Shown one piece after another: positions 1 through 10,420 of a stretch of DNA of 64,000 bases. A program made the translations under genes and the position numbers. The first letter of the stretch is position 1, and the number at the start of each line of letters is the position of its first letter. Source of the stretch: Candidatus Omnitrophota bacterium (GTDB lineage Bacteria; Omnitrophota; Gorgyraeia; Gygaellales; Profunditerraquicolaceae). The notes under the pieces were generated by a model. It searched no databases. It saw only the letters and a program-made list of their open reading frames with translations, and was not told the origin of the DNA. The stretch spans positions 270,932-334,931 of the forward strand of contig JAUSED010000005.1 in NCBI GenBank assembly GCA_030650425.1, written 5' to 3'.

Positions 1-552
1 CCTTGCTTAATCGCTATTTATCAAAATGCAACAGGGCAGGCCAAGGATTTAGCTCTGGCTTACGCGAAAGCAATCAAAGCTACTACCGCCGGTGTTATTG
101 AAACCACCTTTGAAGAAGAGACCGAGACGGATTTATTCGGCGAGCAGGCAGTGCTTTGCGGAGGCGCGACCGAGTTAATCAAGGCGGGCTTTGATACTTT
201 AATCGAAGCAGGTTACCAGCCGGAAATCGCCTATTTCGAAGTTTTGCATGAATTAAAATTAATCACGGATTTAATTCAGGAGCGCGGTATTTCCGGTATG
301 CGCAGGGGAGTTTCCAATACTGCCTGTTATGGTGATTTGACCCGCGGCCCGAGGATTATTACGCAGAAAACGCGTAAAGAGATGAAAAAAATATTAAAAG
401 AGATCAAAACCGGAAAGTTTGCCCGCGAGTGGATTAAAGAGAATGAATTGGGCAGGCCGAATTTCAATAAGCTTATTTCCGAAGGAGATAATCATTTGAT
501 TGAGAAGGTTGGAAAAGAGTTACGCGAGATGATGCCTTGGATGAAACATTAA
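1..552 (+). CDS. ilvC: Ketol-acid reductoisomerase, C-terminal fragment. The CDS starts upstream of the window.
   Basis: Reading frame is open from nt 1. The translation (…[26 protein letters not shown]…RGP…) matches the conserved KARI C-terminal domain. Confidence 0.8.
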   Translation, partial: PCLIAIYQNATGQAKDLALAYAKAIKATTAGVIETTFEEETETDLFGEQAVLCGGATELIKAGFDTLIEAGYQPEIAYFEVLHELKLITDLIQERGISGMRRGVSNTACYGDLTRGPRIITQKTRKEMKKILKEIKTGKFAREWIKENELGRPNFNKLISEGDNHLIEKVGKELREMMPWMKH

Positions 553-558
553 TTTATG

Positions 559-611
559 CACTTGCCAGAGGCAAGTGTGAATTAGGCGTAAGCGCCAGAG
601 GCACGCCTAAT
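559..611 (+). promoter_or_regulatory. Two tandem hairpins in the ilvC-leuA intergenic region. They may be a terminator or attenuator.
   Basis: CACTTGCC-AGA-GGCAAGTG at 559-577. ATTAGGCGT-N13-ACGCCTAAT at 581-611. Both loops contain GCCAGAGGCA. Confidence 0.3.
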
Positions 612-635
612 TCAATGCCCCGGATGAAAAAATAA

Positions 636-2141
636 ATGGAAAAAATTATTATATTTGATACAACTTTACGCGACGGAGAGCAGGCGCCGGGCGCGTCGTT
701 AACTCCTCAGCAGAAAATGGAAGTCGCCTTCCAGCTTGAGAAATTGGGTGTGGATATCATCGAAGCCGGTTTTCCTATAGCTTCTCCCGGAGATTTTAAG
801 GCCGTCGCGGAAATTTCTAAGGCGATCAAAAAGAGCGCTGTCTGCGGATTGGCCCGTTGCCTAAAGCTAGACATCGAATCCGCGGCTAATGCTACCAAGG
901 CGGCAAAACATCCGCGGGTCCATCTTTTTCTAGCTACCTCCAAGATCCACCTGCAATATAAATTCAAGAAAGCCGAAGAAGAGATCTTGGCGATTGCCAA
1001 AGACGCGGTAAAACTAGCCCGCCGGCTCTGCGATGATCTCGAGTTTTCTCCGGAAGATGCCACGCGAACGGACAGGGATTTTCTTTTCCGGGTGATTGAA
1101 ACGGCAATCAATGAAGGCGCTAAAACCATCAATATTCCGGACACCGTAGGCTACAGCTACCCCCAAGAAATATATTCTCTGATTAGCGATATAAAAAATA
1201 ATGTTCCTAATATTAATCAAGCGGTAATTGCCATACATTGTCATGATGATTTAGGGTTAGCTACGGCTAATTCTATCTCCGCGGTTTTGGCGGGAGCCCG
1301 GCAGGTACATTGCACTATTAACGGTATAGGCGAGCGCGCCGGAAACGCTTCCTTAGAAGAAGTAGTCATGGCGATCAAGACGCGTAAGGACGTATTCGGC
1401 GAATTCTATACTGGTATAAATACTAAAGAGATATTCCGCACTTCGCGCTTGGTAAGCAACCTGACGAATTTCGTTGTCCCTCCTAATAAAGCAATTGTCG
1501 GCAGGAATGCCTTCGCTCATGAATCCGGTATCCATCAAGACGCGATATTAAAGAACAGGACTACCTACGAGATCATGGACCCTAAAGATGTGGGTATAGC
1601 CAAGAGCCAGCTTATTTTAGGTAAACATTCCGGAAGGCACGCTTTTCGGGATAGGTTAAAATCGCTTGGTTTCCATCTTAACGAAGAAGAATTAAATAAG
1701 GCGTTTAACCGTTTTAAAGAAGTAGCGGATAAAAAGAAAGAGATCTTTGACGATGATTTAAGGATTATTGTTGAGGATGAGATTCGCGTAACCAAGCCGC
1801 TTTGGCAGTTGAATAGTTTTAAAGTTACTTCAGGCACTAAGATTAAGCCGGAGGCAGAGGTTGTTTTAATCAAAAAAGCTAAAGATATCTGCGGTGTATC
1901 TTCCGGAGACGGGCCGGTGGACGCCTGTTTTAAGGCTATTGATAAGATTACCGGTTATAAGGCGAAGTTAGAAGACTTCCGCTTAGAAGCGGTTACTTCC
2001 GGCAAGGATGCCTTGGGCCAGGTTAGCCTAAAGCTAAAAATAAAGGATTCTGTGATTAGCGGCCGCGGGGCAAGCACTGATATTATTGAGGCCGCGATAC
2101 GGGCATATCTGGACGCTATTAATAAGCTAGAGGCTAAATGA
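636..2141 (+). CDS. leuA: 2-isopropylmalate synthase / (R)-citramalate synthase, LeuA-CimA family.
   Basis: 501 aa. N-terminal LRDGEQ and HxH…HCHDD DRE-TIM motifs. C-terminal LeuA-type regulatory domain. Confidence 0.85.
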   Translation: MEKIIIFDTTLRDGEQAPGASLTPQQKMEVAFQLEKLGVDIIEAGFPIASPGDFKAVAEISKAIKKSAVCGLARCLKLDIESAANATKAAKHPRVHLFLATSKIHLQYKFKKAEEEILAIAKDAVKLARRLCDDLEFSPEDATRTDRDFLFRVIETAINEGAKTINIPDTVGYSYPQEIYSLISDIKNNVPNINQAVIAIHCHDDLGLATANSISAVLAGARQVHCTINGIGERAGNASLEEVVMAIKTRKDVFGEFYTGINTKEIFRTSRLVSNLTNFVVPPNKAIVGRNAFAHESGIHQDAILKNRTTYEIMDPKDVGIAKSQLILGKHSGRHAFRDRLKSLGFHLNEEELNKAFNRFKEVADKKKEIFDDDLRIIVEDEIRVTKPLWQLNSFKVTSGTKIKPEAEVVLIKKAKDICGVSSGDGPVDACFKAIDKITGYKAKLEDFRLEAVTSGKDALGQVSLKLKIKDSVISGRGASTDIIEAAIRAYLDAINKLEAK

Positions 2142-2983
2142 GCAGAGCCCGTATTTATGGTCTAATCGGAAATCCTATTCAGCACAGCCTCTCGCCTGTA
2201 ATGCACAACGCGGCATTATCCTGCCTAAAAATAAAGGCCAAGTATAAATTATTTCCTTTAGAAGAGAAAGAGCTCAGGCCTTTCCTGGTTAATCTTAAAA
2301 AGAAAAATATCTGCGGCTTGAATATAACCATTCCCTATAAAGAAAGGGTTCTTCAGTTTGTCGAAGGATATAAGTCCAGCGCGGTCAGCGCTATTGGGGC
2401 AGCCAATACTATAGTTGTCAGCAAAAAATGGGGCTTAAAATTATTTAATACCGATTATCTTGGGTTTAGCGCGCACCTGAAAGAACTAAAGGTAAACCCC
2501 AAAAAAGCCGCGATTATCGGAGCCGGAGGCGCGGCTCGCGCGGTGTGTTTCGCCCTCGGAAAAAAGAAAGCGCAGGAGGTGAGTATTTACGATATTGATA
2601 AATTTAGAAGCCTCGCGCTTATGGAAAGGTTTAATCAGATATTTCCGCGTACGCAGTTCGTGGCCGCTGAAAGTATCGCGGCTTTAAGATTAGGGGAGAA
2701 AGATATTTTAATCAATGCTTCTTCAGTAGGGATGAAGGAGAGCGATCCGCTTTTAGTAGATTCTACTCAACTACATCCGGGATTGTTTATCTACGATCTG
2801 ATTTATAATCCGCGTAAGACAAAATTACTGAAGTTAGCTCAAGAGCAGAATTTTTCCCATGCAAACGGTTTAGGAATGCTTCTTTATCAGGGGGTAGAGG
2901 CCCTGAATTTATGGATATCGCCTAAATGCGCGCCCGTGGAAATAATGCGCAAGGCGCTGGAAAGAGGAGTGAAAAAGCTATGA
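2138..2983 (+). CDS. aroE: Shikimate dehydrogenase.
   Basis: 281 aa. Starts …IYGLIGNPIQHSLSPVMHN…. NAD(P)-binding GAGGAARA motif. ATGA overlap with the upstream gene. Confidence 0.8.
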   Translation: MSRARIYGLIGNPIQHSLSPVMHNAALSCLKIKAKYKLFPLEEKELRPFLVNLKKKNICGLNITIPYKERVLQFVEGYKSSAVSAIGAANTIVVSKKWGLKLFNTDYLGFSAHLKELKVNPKKAAIIGAGGAARAVCFALGKKKAQEVSIYDIDKFRSLALMERFNQIFPRTQFVAAESIAALRLGEKDILINASSVGMKESDPLLVDSTQLHPGLFIYDLIYNPRKTKLLKLAQEQNFSHANGLGMLLYQGVEALNLWISPKCAPVEIMRKALERGVKKL

Positions 2984-3786
2984 TTGGTCAATTAATCGTT
3001 TTTATTTTCGGTTCCGTTGTAGGAAGCTTTTTAAATGTCTGTATCCACCGTATGCCTAAGTCTGAGTCAGTTGTCTGGCCGCGTTCGCATTGCCCAAAGT
3101 GCGGGAAGAGAATCCCCGGATACGATAATATCCCCTTTATAAGTTTCATTTTATTAAGGGGGAGGTGCCGTTTCTGCAAAGCAAAGATATCGCCGCGTTA
3201 TCCTTTAGTTGAATTTATAACCGCGCTTCTGTTTACCGCTTTATTTACGCATTACGGGTTAAGTTATAATTTCTTCTTTTATTTAGTTTTGACATCGGCG
3301 CTGATTATCGCTACGTTTGTGGATATTCCGCATAGGATTATTCCCGATGAAGTTTCCGTCGGCGCCTTAATTGTCGGGTTTATCTTAAGCTCGATTAGAG
3401 GGTTTAATTTGGCTCCTTTTTCTTTTAGCTTTAAGCCGATGCTAAGTTCGCTCTCTGGAATCATTGTCGGCGGAGGGATAATTTACCTGACTGGCTGGCT
3501 CTTTGATTTGGTTTATTTTAAGCTGTTGAAGAATCCTCCTATAAACGGTGAGAGCGAATCAATGGGCGGAGGGGACGTAAAGCTTTTAGCGATGATCGGC
3601 GCATTTTTGGGCGCCCCGCGGACACTGCTAACCTTCTTTATTGCTCCTTTTTTCGGCGCGATTATCGGAATAATCATCCTGATTACCAAAAAGGACCATA
3701 CTATTCCTTACGGGCCGTTTTTATCTTTGGCAGCGTTGATCTCGATATTTTTCTCGAATAGGATATTACACCTTTTGATTCCTTAA
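2980..3786 (+). CDS. pilD: Type IV prepilin leader peptidase (A24 family).
   Basis: N-terminal CPKCGKRI zinc-binding motif plus a multi-TM body. ATG at 2980 overlaps the aroE stop (ATGA). The ORF track's earlier start at 2926 is less likely. Confidence 0.75.
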   Translation: MIGQLIVFIFGSVVGSFLNVCIHRMPKSESVVWPRSHCPKCGKRIPGYDNIPFISFILLRGRCRFCKAKISPRYPLVEFITALLFTALFTHYGLSYNFFFYLVLTSALIIATFVDIPHRIIPDEVSVGALIVGFILSSIRGFNLAPFSFSFKPMLSSLSGIIVGGGIIYLTGWLFDLVYFKLLKNPPINGESESMGGGDVKLLAMIGAFLGAPRTLLTFFIAPFFGAIIGIIILITKKDHTIPYGPFLSLAALISIFFSNRILHLLIP

Positions 3787-3805
3787 TCAGTACACTCATA
3801 AAAAC

Positions 3806-5602
3806 ATGCCGCAATCCCCATCTTTCCTTAGTAGGAAACTATCCGGAGTATTAATTTCTCTGTTCTCGGTTTACTCTAAAAATAGTTTTGGCGTCGGAGA
3901 TTTAAGCGATTTAAATAAAGCCATTGATTGGGCCCGGGAAAGCGGTAATTCCATAATTCAACTTTTGCCGATGAATGATATGGGCGGATTGTTTTGCCCG
4001 TATGACGCCTTAAGCGCGTTTGCCTTAGATCCACTCTACATATCCCTAATTGATTTAGGCCTGCCTAAAGGCAAATCCCTCAAAAGGCAAATCGAGACTT
4101 TACGTAAAACCTTAAGTTTAGACAAGCAATTCGTAGACTATAGTATTAAGAAAGAAAAATTACGTATTCTACGAGAGATTTTTTTATTAGATAGCATGAC
4201 GGATACGGAGAGTTTCAGCCGTTTTAGAAGCGATAACGTGTATTGGCTCCTAGATTATGCTTTATTTAAGGCGCTTAAGTCAAAATTCGGAGAGAGCGCT
4301 TGGTATGATTGGCCGCTTGAGTTTCGTAACCGCGACAAACAAGCTTTAGAAGAATTTCGCCAGGCGAATGCCCAGGAAATTATGTTTCAAAAGTGGGCAC
4401 AGTGGCAGCTCTTTGAACAATTTAAAGGTGTGAAAGATTACGCTAAAGTAAAAAAAGTTTTCTTAAACGGCGACTTGCCAATCCTAGTCTCCCGGGATTC
4501 CAGCGATGTCTGGAGCCATCCGGAATTCTTCAAGTTGGAATTTAGCGCGGGCGCGCCTCCGGATATGTATTGCGCTAAGGGCCAGCGTTGGGGAATGCCT
4601 ACTTATAATTGGGCGAGCATCGCTGATGATGGATACCAGTATTTAAAAGAAAAGCTAAAATTCGCCGAGAATTTTTACGATATGATCAGGATCGACCATG
4701 TGGTAGGCTTGTTTCGTATCTGGAGCATTCCTGATCAGGAGCCGTTGGAAAATCAGGGCTTAAACGGTGCTTTTGACTCGGCTAATGAAGCTGAGTGGGA
4801 GGCGCATGGCAGGAAGATTTTAGAGGTTATGCTTAGTTCTACCAAGATGCTTTTGTGCGCTGAGGATTTAGGGGTGATCCCTAAGGTTTGTACCGAAACA
4901 TTGGAGAAATTAAAGATACCGGGCAATGATGTCCAGCGCTGGGTCAAGGATTGGAATATTAAACACGATTTCCTAAAGCCTCAAGATTACCGTAAGCTTT
5001 CAATAACTATGCTTTCGACCCATGATACAACTAATTGGCCTGCCTGGTGGGAGAATGAAGCAGGGACAGTGGATGAAGACTTATTTCGTAGGAAGTGCGC
5101 TGAGGCGGGTATTGATTTTAGCTACATAAAAGCAGTCTTATTTGATATATCCCGTTCTTGTCATGGAAGGCTGCGTTGGAAGGATGAGATTGATTCAGTT
5201 GAAAAGCTAATGCAGGGACTCTCCCCGAAGGGAGCTGTCCCTAAAGATAGATTACATCTCTTAATAGGCTTATATGAAAATACCTATGGAGAGAAGGAAA
5301 AGCTCTGGAAGCAATTGGGTTTGGTTGGCCCAATGCGCGAGCAATGCGACAAGGAAATATTGCGAGCGGTTTTGCAAACAAACCTACAGGCAAGCTCTTT
5401 ATTTTGTATCAACACGCTCATCGATCTTTTGTATCTGGATGGTTTCTGGCAAGGCGACGCCTATCAGTATCGGATCAATACCCCCGGCACAATCAGCGAG
5501 CGCAACTGGTCGCTCAAAATTCCGCTTTCACTCGAAGAATTAATCAAGCATCCGGTCACCAAACAAATACGCAAGTTGGTTGTTGATTCAGGAAGAATAT
5601 AA
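3806..5602 (+). CDS. malQ: 4-alpha-glucanotransferase (amylomaltase, GH77).
   Basis: 598 aa. Contains QRWGMPTYNW and other GH77 signature stretches. Confidence 0.8.
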   Translation: MPQSPSFLSRKLSGVLISLFSVYSKNSFGVGDLSDLNKAIDWARESGNSIIQLLPMNDMGGLFCPYDALSAFALDPLYISLIDLGLPKGKSLKRQIETLRKTLSLDKQFVDYSIKKEKLRILREIFLLDSMTDTESFSRFRSDNVYWLLDYALFKALKSKFGESAWYDWPLEFRNRDKQALEEFRQANAQEIMFQKWAQWQLFEQFKGVKDYAKVKKVFLNGDLPILVSRDSSDVWSHPEFFKLEFSAGAPPDMYCAKGQRWGMPTYNWASIADDGYQYLKEKLKFAENFYDMIRIDHVVGLFRIWSIPDQEPLENQGLNGAFDSANEAEWEAHGRKILEVMLSSTKMLLCAEDLGVIPKVCTETLEKLKIPGNDVQRWVKDWNIKHDFLKPQDYRKLSITMLSTHDTTNWPAWWENEAGTVDEDLFRRKCAEAGIDFSYIKAVLFDISRSCHGRLRWKDEIDSVEKLMQGLSPKGAVPKDRLHLLIGLYENTYGEKEKLWKQLGLVGPMREQCDKEILRAVLQTNLQASSLFCINTLIDLLYLDGFWQGDAYQYRINTPGTISERNWSLKIPLSLEELIKHPVTKQIRKLVVDSGRI

Positions 5603-5625
5603 TATTTCATGGAGGCTCGTTAACG

Positions 5626-5982
5626 ATGAAAGAAATCTTATATCTTATCTTAGGGCTTATGGCTGGCACGCTTTCCGGGCTCTTCGGGATAGGCGGCGGG
5701 ATAATCTTGATTCCGGCTTTGGTTTTTCTGGCGGGATTGAGCCAGCATGAGGCGCAGGGGACCACGCTTGCGATTATGCTCCTGCCGATAGGGCTTCTGG
5801 CAGTAGTAAAGTACTATCAAAGCGGGCAGATCAATTTTTATATCGCCGCGTTTATCTGCATTGGATTCTTAATCGGCGGGTTGATTGGCGCGAATATGGC
5901 GGTCGCGCTTCCGAATTTAATCTTAAAAAAGGCTTTTGGAATATTTTTAGCAATCGTCGCGCTCTATACAATTTTTTCTTAA
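5626..5982 (+). CDS. TauE/SafE (DUF81) family membrane protein, a half-length 4-TM form.
   Basis: 118 aa. GIGGGIILIPALVFLAG motif. Hydrophobic throughout. Confidence 0.55.
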   Translation: MKEILYLILGLMAGTLSGLFGIGGGIILIPALVFLAGLSQHEAQGTTLAIMLLPIGLLAVVKYYQSGQINFYIAAFICIGFLIGGLIGANMAVALPNLILKKAFGIFLAIVALYTIFS

Positions 5983-5991
5983 GGACTATCG

Positions 5992-6711
5992 ATGGGAATT
6001 TTGCAAGGACCTGAATTTTATATTTCTAAATGCGTGGGGAGAGCGATTATGGATTATAAGATGCTCTCCGAAGGCGATAAGATCGCGGTGGCCGTATCCG
6101 GGGGGAAGGATAGCCTTACGCTCCTACATGTGCTTAATGACCGCAGGAAATTTGTACCGATAAAATACGAGCTTTTGGCTGTACATGTGGATATGGGGTA
6201 TCCTTGTCATCATCCTAAAATTCTTTCCGAATACTTTAAACAAATGGGTGTGGATTACCACATTGAAACAATAGATATCTTAAAGGGTAAATCGCGTAAA
6301 GATATTTCCTGTTTCTGGTGTTCCTGGAACCGGAGAAAGGCGCTCTTTGAAACCGCTAACCGTTTTGGCTGCACTAAAGTAGCCTTAGGCCATCATCGCG
6401 ATGACATTATCGAGACAACCCTACTTAATCTTTTCTTCCAGGGAGAAATATCGACGATGTGCCCAAAACAGGAATTATTTGGCGGTAAAATCACGATTAT
6501 CCGCCCGCTGGCTTATGTGGAAGAAGAGCTGATCAGAAAATTCGTTAAAACTTTGGAATTTCCGCACCATAAATGCACTTGCCCAAATTCTGTCACTTCC
6601 AAGCGCACTCAAATCGAGGGTATCATCAGGGATTTAGAAAAAGTCTGCCCGGATGTAAAAACCAACATTTTTAGAAGCGTAAAAAGGATCAAGACGGATT
6701 ATTTGCTATAA
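5992..6711 (+). CDS. ttcA: PP-loop ATPase, TtcA-like tRNA 2-thiocytidine synthetase family.
   Basis: SGGKDS PP-loop. CxxC…CxxC cysteine pairs. About 240 aa. Confidence 0.7.
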   Translation: MGILQGPEFYISKCVGRAIMDYKMLSEGDKIAVAVSGGKDSLTLLHVLNDRRKFVPIKYELLAVHVDMGYPCHHPKILSEYFKQMGVDYHIETIDILKGKSRKDISCFWCSWNRRKALFETANRFGCTKVALGHHRDDIIETTLLNLFFQGEISTMCPKQELFGGKITIIRPLAYVEEELIRKFVKTLEFPHHKCTCPNSVTSKRTQIEGIIRDLEKVCPDVKTNIFRSVKRIKTDYLL

Positions 6712-6750
6712 GGGGAAAAGGATTGTGATATAATATTACTGTTGCCAGTA

Positions 6751-6781
6751 GGGACTGTCCCCGCTTTTTGGGGACTGTCCC
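6751..6781. repeat. Paired palindromes GGGACTGTCCCC-N7-GGGGACTGTCCC (GGGGACA-family element).
   Basis: Seen directly. The same pair architecture recurs at 49885-49917 and 50966-50992. Confidence 0.8.
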
Positions 6782-6822
6782 ACGACAAAATGAGTATTGG
6801 CAGCTAAATATGCGGGGTAAAT

Positions 6823-7755
6823 ATGATTTGGATAATCGGGGTATTATTTTTGGTTTTACTCGCGGCAGTTACCGCGCTGGTCCTAAGGATTTCCTCGCAG
6901 GTAAATGAACGGCTAACTCAGATGAACCAGTCGCTTCAGGAAGCCGGCAAGATTATCGGCTTAAACCTCGGTAATACCTCCAGCGTATTCGGTAATGTTA
7001 AAGAGCAGCTCGGCAGGTTAGAGGCGACCAATAAACAGATTGTCGATATCAGTAAGGATATCTCCAGCCTGCAGGAGCTTTTGCGCGCGCCTAAGTTTCG
7101 CGGGGCAATGGGCGAAGTGCTCTTGGAGAATTTACTATCGCAAGTCTTGCCCAAGGATCATTACTCAACGCAATACCGCTTTAAAAGCGGGGAGGCAGTC
7201 GATGCCATTATCAAGCTCGGAGAGCGGATTGTCCCGGTAGATGCCAAGTTTAGCTTGGAAAATTTCCAGAAGATGCTGGAGGCGCAGGATGAGCAGTTAA
7301 AGGTCAATCTCCGGAAGAAATTCATTCAGGATGTGAAGAACCGGATTGACGAGGTTTCTTCTAAATATATCCTTCCGCAGGAGAATACCTATGATTTCGC
7401 GCTGATGTATATCCCGGCGGAGAATGTCTATTATGAAGTGATTATCAAAGAGGATATTTTTGCTTACAGCCTCTCGAAAAAAGTCATTCCTGTTTCGCCG
7501 AATACCTTTTACGCGTATCTGGAGGTAATTTGCCTTGGATTAAAAGGCCTGATGGTGGAAGAGAACGCCAAGAAGATTTTGAAATCTTTAAGTGCGCTCG
7601 AGATTGAAATAGATAAATTTAAAGAAGATTTTAATACCCTCGGCAGCCATCTGAGTAATGCCAATACTAAATACTCGGATTCGCAGAAGCGCTTGGATAA
7701 ATTCAGCGATAAGCTTGTGAATATCCAGGATGCCAAGCAAATCGAAACGAAATAA
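6823..7755 (+). CDS. rmuC: DNA recombination protein RmuC.
   Basis: 310 aa. N-terminal TM segment, coiled coil, RmuC core (…FRGAMGEVLLENLL…). Confidence 0.75.
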   Translation: MIWIIGVLFLVLLAAVTALVLRISSQVNERLTQMNQSLQEAGKIIGLNLGNTSSVFGNVKEQLGRLEATNKQIVDISKDISSLQELLRAPKFRGAMGEVLLENLLSQVLPKDHYSTQYRFKSGEAVDAIIKLGERIVPVDAKFSLENFQKMLEAQDEQLKVNLRKKFIQDVKNRIDEVSSKYILPQENTYDFALMYIPAENVYYEVIIKEDIFAYSLSKKVIPVSPNTFYAYLEVICLGLKGLMVEENAKKILKSLSALEIEIDKFKEDFNTLGSHLSNANTKYSDSQKRLDKFSDKLVNIQDAKQIETK

Positions 7756-8021
7756 TGATTTTTAGCGTTAAGGTAATCCCTAAAGCAAGCCACGTTAGAA
7801 TTGTACCTTATAAGCGAACAAGTAATTCTAACGTGGCAAGCCGGAAGCTGGTTAAAGAAGAAGGGAGCGGCTTTAAGGTATATTTGACTAAACCCGCGCA
7901 GGACGGGCTGGCTAATGAACAGTTAGTCAGTTTGTTATCCGCACATCTAAAAATCAAGAAATATCAGATAAAGATTATTAAAGGGGAAAGATGCAGAAAT
8001 AAACTTGTTGAAATTACTTAA
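7755..8021 (+). CDS. DUF167 / YggU (UPF0235) family protein.
   Basis: 88 aa. The pattern …VKVIPKASH…KV.LTKPAQDGLANE.L…LS… is typical of YggU. Confidence 0.65.
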   Translation: MIFSVKVIPKASHVRIVPYKRTSNSNVASRKLVKEEGSGFKVYLTKPAQDGLANEQLVSLLSAHLKIKKYQIKIIKGERCRNKLVEIT

Positions 8022-8748
8022 GAGTTATAATCCTTTGGAAGCCGTAGCCGGAAGCCCCGTAATCAGCAGCTTTAGCGTGCGGGCCAGCGGGAATATGTCT
8101 TTATCCTACGGGGAAACAAGCCTCTCGTTAGAGAACCGTCAAAGTTTCTTAAGCCCCTTAAATGTAGATTATCAAGATTTGATTTGCGCTAAGCAAGTAC
8201 ACGGAAATAAGGTTAAATATGTAAATGAGACAGATAAAGGGAAGGGCGCAGTTACTTACGGCACAGCCTTACCGGGTACAGACGGTTTAATTACCGACAT
8301 ACGGAATTTACCGTTGGGAATATTGACGGCAGATTGCCTTTCTATATTTCTCTATGATCCCCAAAGGCCGGCCGTAGGCTTGCTCCACGCCGGCTGGCGC
8401 GGCTCTAAAGAAAAGATTGTTTCTTGCGCGCTAGAATTAATGCGCAGTAAATTTAAGACTAATCCGGTTGAATTATTTGCCGGATTTGGCCCAGCGATCA
8501 AGGATTGTTGTTATGAAGTTTCGGACGAGTTCAAGGATAATTTTACAACGGGATTAACGCAGAGACAGGGGCGTCTTTATTTGGATTTGGCACAGGTAAA
8601 CCGAAAAGAGTTAATCGGTTTAGGCGTAAAGCCAGAGAAAATATTTGATGCGGGTTTTTGCACTGTTTGTGAGAAAGAAGATTTCTTTTCCTATCGTAAA
8701 GAAGGGAAAGATTGCGCCAGAATACTTTCGGTGATTATGCTCAGATGA
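8005..8748 (+). CDS. pgeF: Peptidoglycan editing factor PgeF / YfiH laccase-domain protein.
   Basis: 247 aa. LTADCLSIFLYDP…LLHAGWRG and the C-terminal Cys/His motif. Confidence 0.75.
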   Translation: MLKLLKSYNPLEAVAGSPVISSFSVRASGNMSLSYGETSLSLENRQSFLSPLNVDYQDLICAKQVHGNKVKYVNETDKGKGAVTYGTALPGTDGLITDIRNLPLGILTADCLSIFLYDPQRPAVGLLHAGWRGSKEKIVSCALELMRSKFKTNPVELFAGFGPAIKDCCYEVSDEFKDNFTTGLTQRQGRLYLDLAQVNRKELIGLGVKPEKIFDAGFCTVCEKEDFFSYRKEGKDCARILSVIMLR

Positions 8749-8993
8749 TCCGCATACCAAAATTTAGATTGGATTTTATCCTGCACACCTATAATACAAC
8801 TTTAGAGGCCGTGAAAACTTCGCTGGCAGAATTTGGAGAGAAGTTGGATATCTCTGAGGTTAAGGATAGCTCGCAAAAAGGAATAAACTTTAAAATTAAT
8901 ATAAATACCGATGATCCGACGATCATTTTCGATGTCTGCTCGCAATTCGGCAGGATAAGGTCGGTTAAGGTAGAAGACGAGGGAGGTAAATAA
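8745..8993 (+). CDS. Hypothetical small protein, possibly an ACT-like fold.
   Basis: ORF only. The ATG at 8745 makes an ATGA overlap with the pgeF stop. The track's TTG at 8712 is an alternative start. Confidence 0.3.
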   Translation: MIRIPKFRLDFILHTYNTTLEAVKTSLAEFGEKLDISEVKDSSQKGINFKININTDDPTIIFDVCSQFGRIRSVKVEDEGGK

Positions 8994-8994
8994 T

Positions 8995-9471
8995 ATGGCC
9001 AAGGCACTGATTGTTTATTATTCGCGCGGTGGTAATACCAAGAAAATGGCGGAATTAATCTCCGAAGGTGTGAAAAGCGAAGGATTGGAAGTAACACTTA
9101 AAGATGTTAAAGACACTAAGTGTGATGAATTATTAGAATATGAAGGCCTGATTGTCGGCTCGCCGACTTACTATGGAAGTATGGCCGCTGAAATCAAAAA
9201 ACTTTTCGACGATTCCGTTAAATTCCACGGAAAATTAGACGGTAAAGTCGGCGCGGCATTTTCTTCCAGCCGGAACATTGCCGGCGGGAATGAAACCACT
9301 ATTCTAGATATCTTGAACGCTATGCTTATACATGGTATGATTATTCAGGGAGATTATTCCGGGGATCATTATGGCCCGGTAGCCATAGATTTTCCTGACG
9401 CAAGATCATCCAAGGAATGCCTGAGGATGGGTTCGCGCTTTGCCAAACTGCTTAAAAAATGCACATTGTAA
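8995..9471 (+). CDS. Flavodoxin-like protein.
   Basis: 158 aa. N-terminal KALIVYYSRGGNTKKMAE flavodoxin signature. Confidence 0.7.
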   Translation: MAKALIVYYSRGGNTKKMAELISEGVKSEGLEVTLKDVKDTKCDELLEYEGLIVGSPTYYGSMAAEIKKLFDDSVKFHGKLDGKVGAAFSSSRNIAGGNETTILDILNAMLIHGMIIQGDYSGDHYGPVAIDFPDARSSKECLRMGSRFAKLLKKCTL

Positions 9472-9770
9472 TTCTGATTACTGCCAAGGATAAGCCGGAG
9501 GCGGATAAAATCGCCAAGACGCTGATCAAAAATAAACTGGCTGCCTGCGTGAATATCGTGACAGGCGTAAAATCCCTTTTCCGGTGGCAGGGAAAGATTG
9601 ATCAAGCGAAAGAAGCGCTGCTTATCGTTAAATCCAGAAAAGAAAAATTTGATAAAATTGTTAAGTTAGTAAAGTCCGCGCATAGTTACGCGGTCCCGGA
9701 GATTATTGCTTTACCCATAGTCAGCGGTTTTAAACCATACCTAAATTGGATCAATGAATCTATCCGGTAG
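9459..9770 (+). CDS. cutA: Divalent-cation tolerance protein CutA.
   Basis: 103 aa. CutA1 pattern (…LAACVNI…KGKI…E…L..KS…). Confidence 0.75.
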   Translation: MHIVILITAKDKPEADKIAKTLIKNKLAACVNIVTGVKSLFRWQGKIDQAKEALLIVKSRKEKFDKIVKLVKSAHSYAVPEIIALPIVSGFKPYLNWINESIR

Positions 9771-10419
9771 CCCTCTCGATTATATCTTTGCTTTTAGCGG
9801 CGGAGTTTTGATCAGCCTTACTCCTTGTGTTTATCCGCTCATTCCCGTGACCGTCTTTTACATAAGCGCCAAAAGCGCTAACTCGAAAATCAGGGGTTTT
9901 ATTTTAAGCCTGATTTTTGTCACGGGTTTAGCGATCACCTATGCCATTTTAGGCTTGATTGCCTCTGTCGGAGGCATATTTTTTGGCCGGATTAGCAGCC
10001 ATCCGATTACGCAAATAGCCGTAGGCGTGATTATTGTTTTATTCGGATTAAGTATGCTCTTGGATTTGTTTAACTTTTCCTGGCAGGGCCCTAAAGTCGA
10101 TACACGAAGGAAGGGATATTTCTCTACCTTGCTCTTGGGGTTAAGCGCGGGCCTAGTCGCCTCTCCCTGCCTTACGCCGGCATTGGCCTCGATCCTCGCT
10201 TACTTAGCGACGAAAAAGAATATTCTCTACGGGATGAGCCTGCTAATAGTTTTTGCCTATGGGATGGGCGTAATTTTGATCCTCGCTGGGACCTTTAGCA
10301 GCATATTAGTTAATCTGCCCAAGTCGGGGAAGTGGATGGTTTATATCAAGAGGATTGGTTCTTCAATCATTATAATTTTGGGATTATATTTTATTTACCA
10401 AGGGATAAGGGGGTTTTAA
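9754..10419 (+). CDS. ccdA: Cytochrome c-type biogenesis protein CcdA / DsbD transmembrane domain.
   Basis: 221 aa. Multi-TM with two conserved Cys-containing segments (…LTPCVYPLIP…, …ASPCLTP…). Confidence 0.7.
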   Translation: MNLSGSPLDYIFAFSGGVLISLTPCVYPLIPVTVFYISAKSANSKIRGFILSLIFVTGLAITYAILGLIASVGGIFFGRISSHPITQIAVGVIIVLFGLSMLLDLFNFSWQGPKVDTRRKGYFSTLLLGLSAGLVASPCLTPALASILAYLATKKNILYGMSLLIVFAYGMGVILILAGTFSSILVNLPKSGKWMVYIKRIGSSIIIILGLYFIYQGIRGF

Positions 10420-10420
10420 A

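Noticed and set aside
707-1873. Several minus-strand ORFs inside leuA (707-1144, 1014-1244, 1353-1538, 1565-1873) and similar antisense ORFs inside malQ, the por genes, bamA, lpx genes and the giant gene.
   Set aside because: They are antisense to strongly supported genes. They are typical open antisense frames with no independent support.
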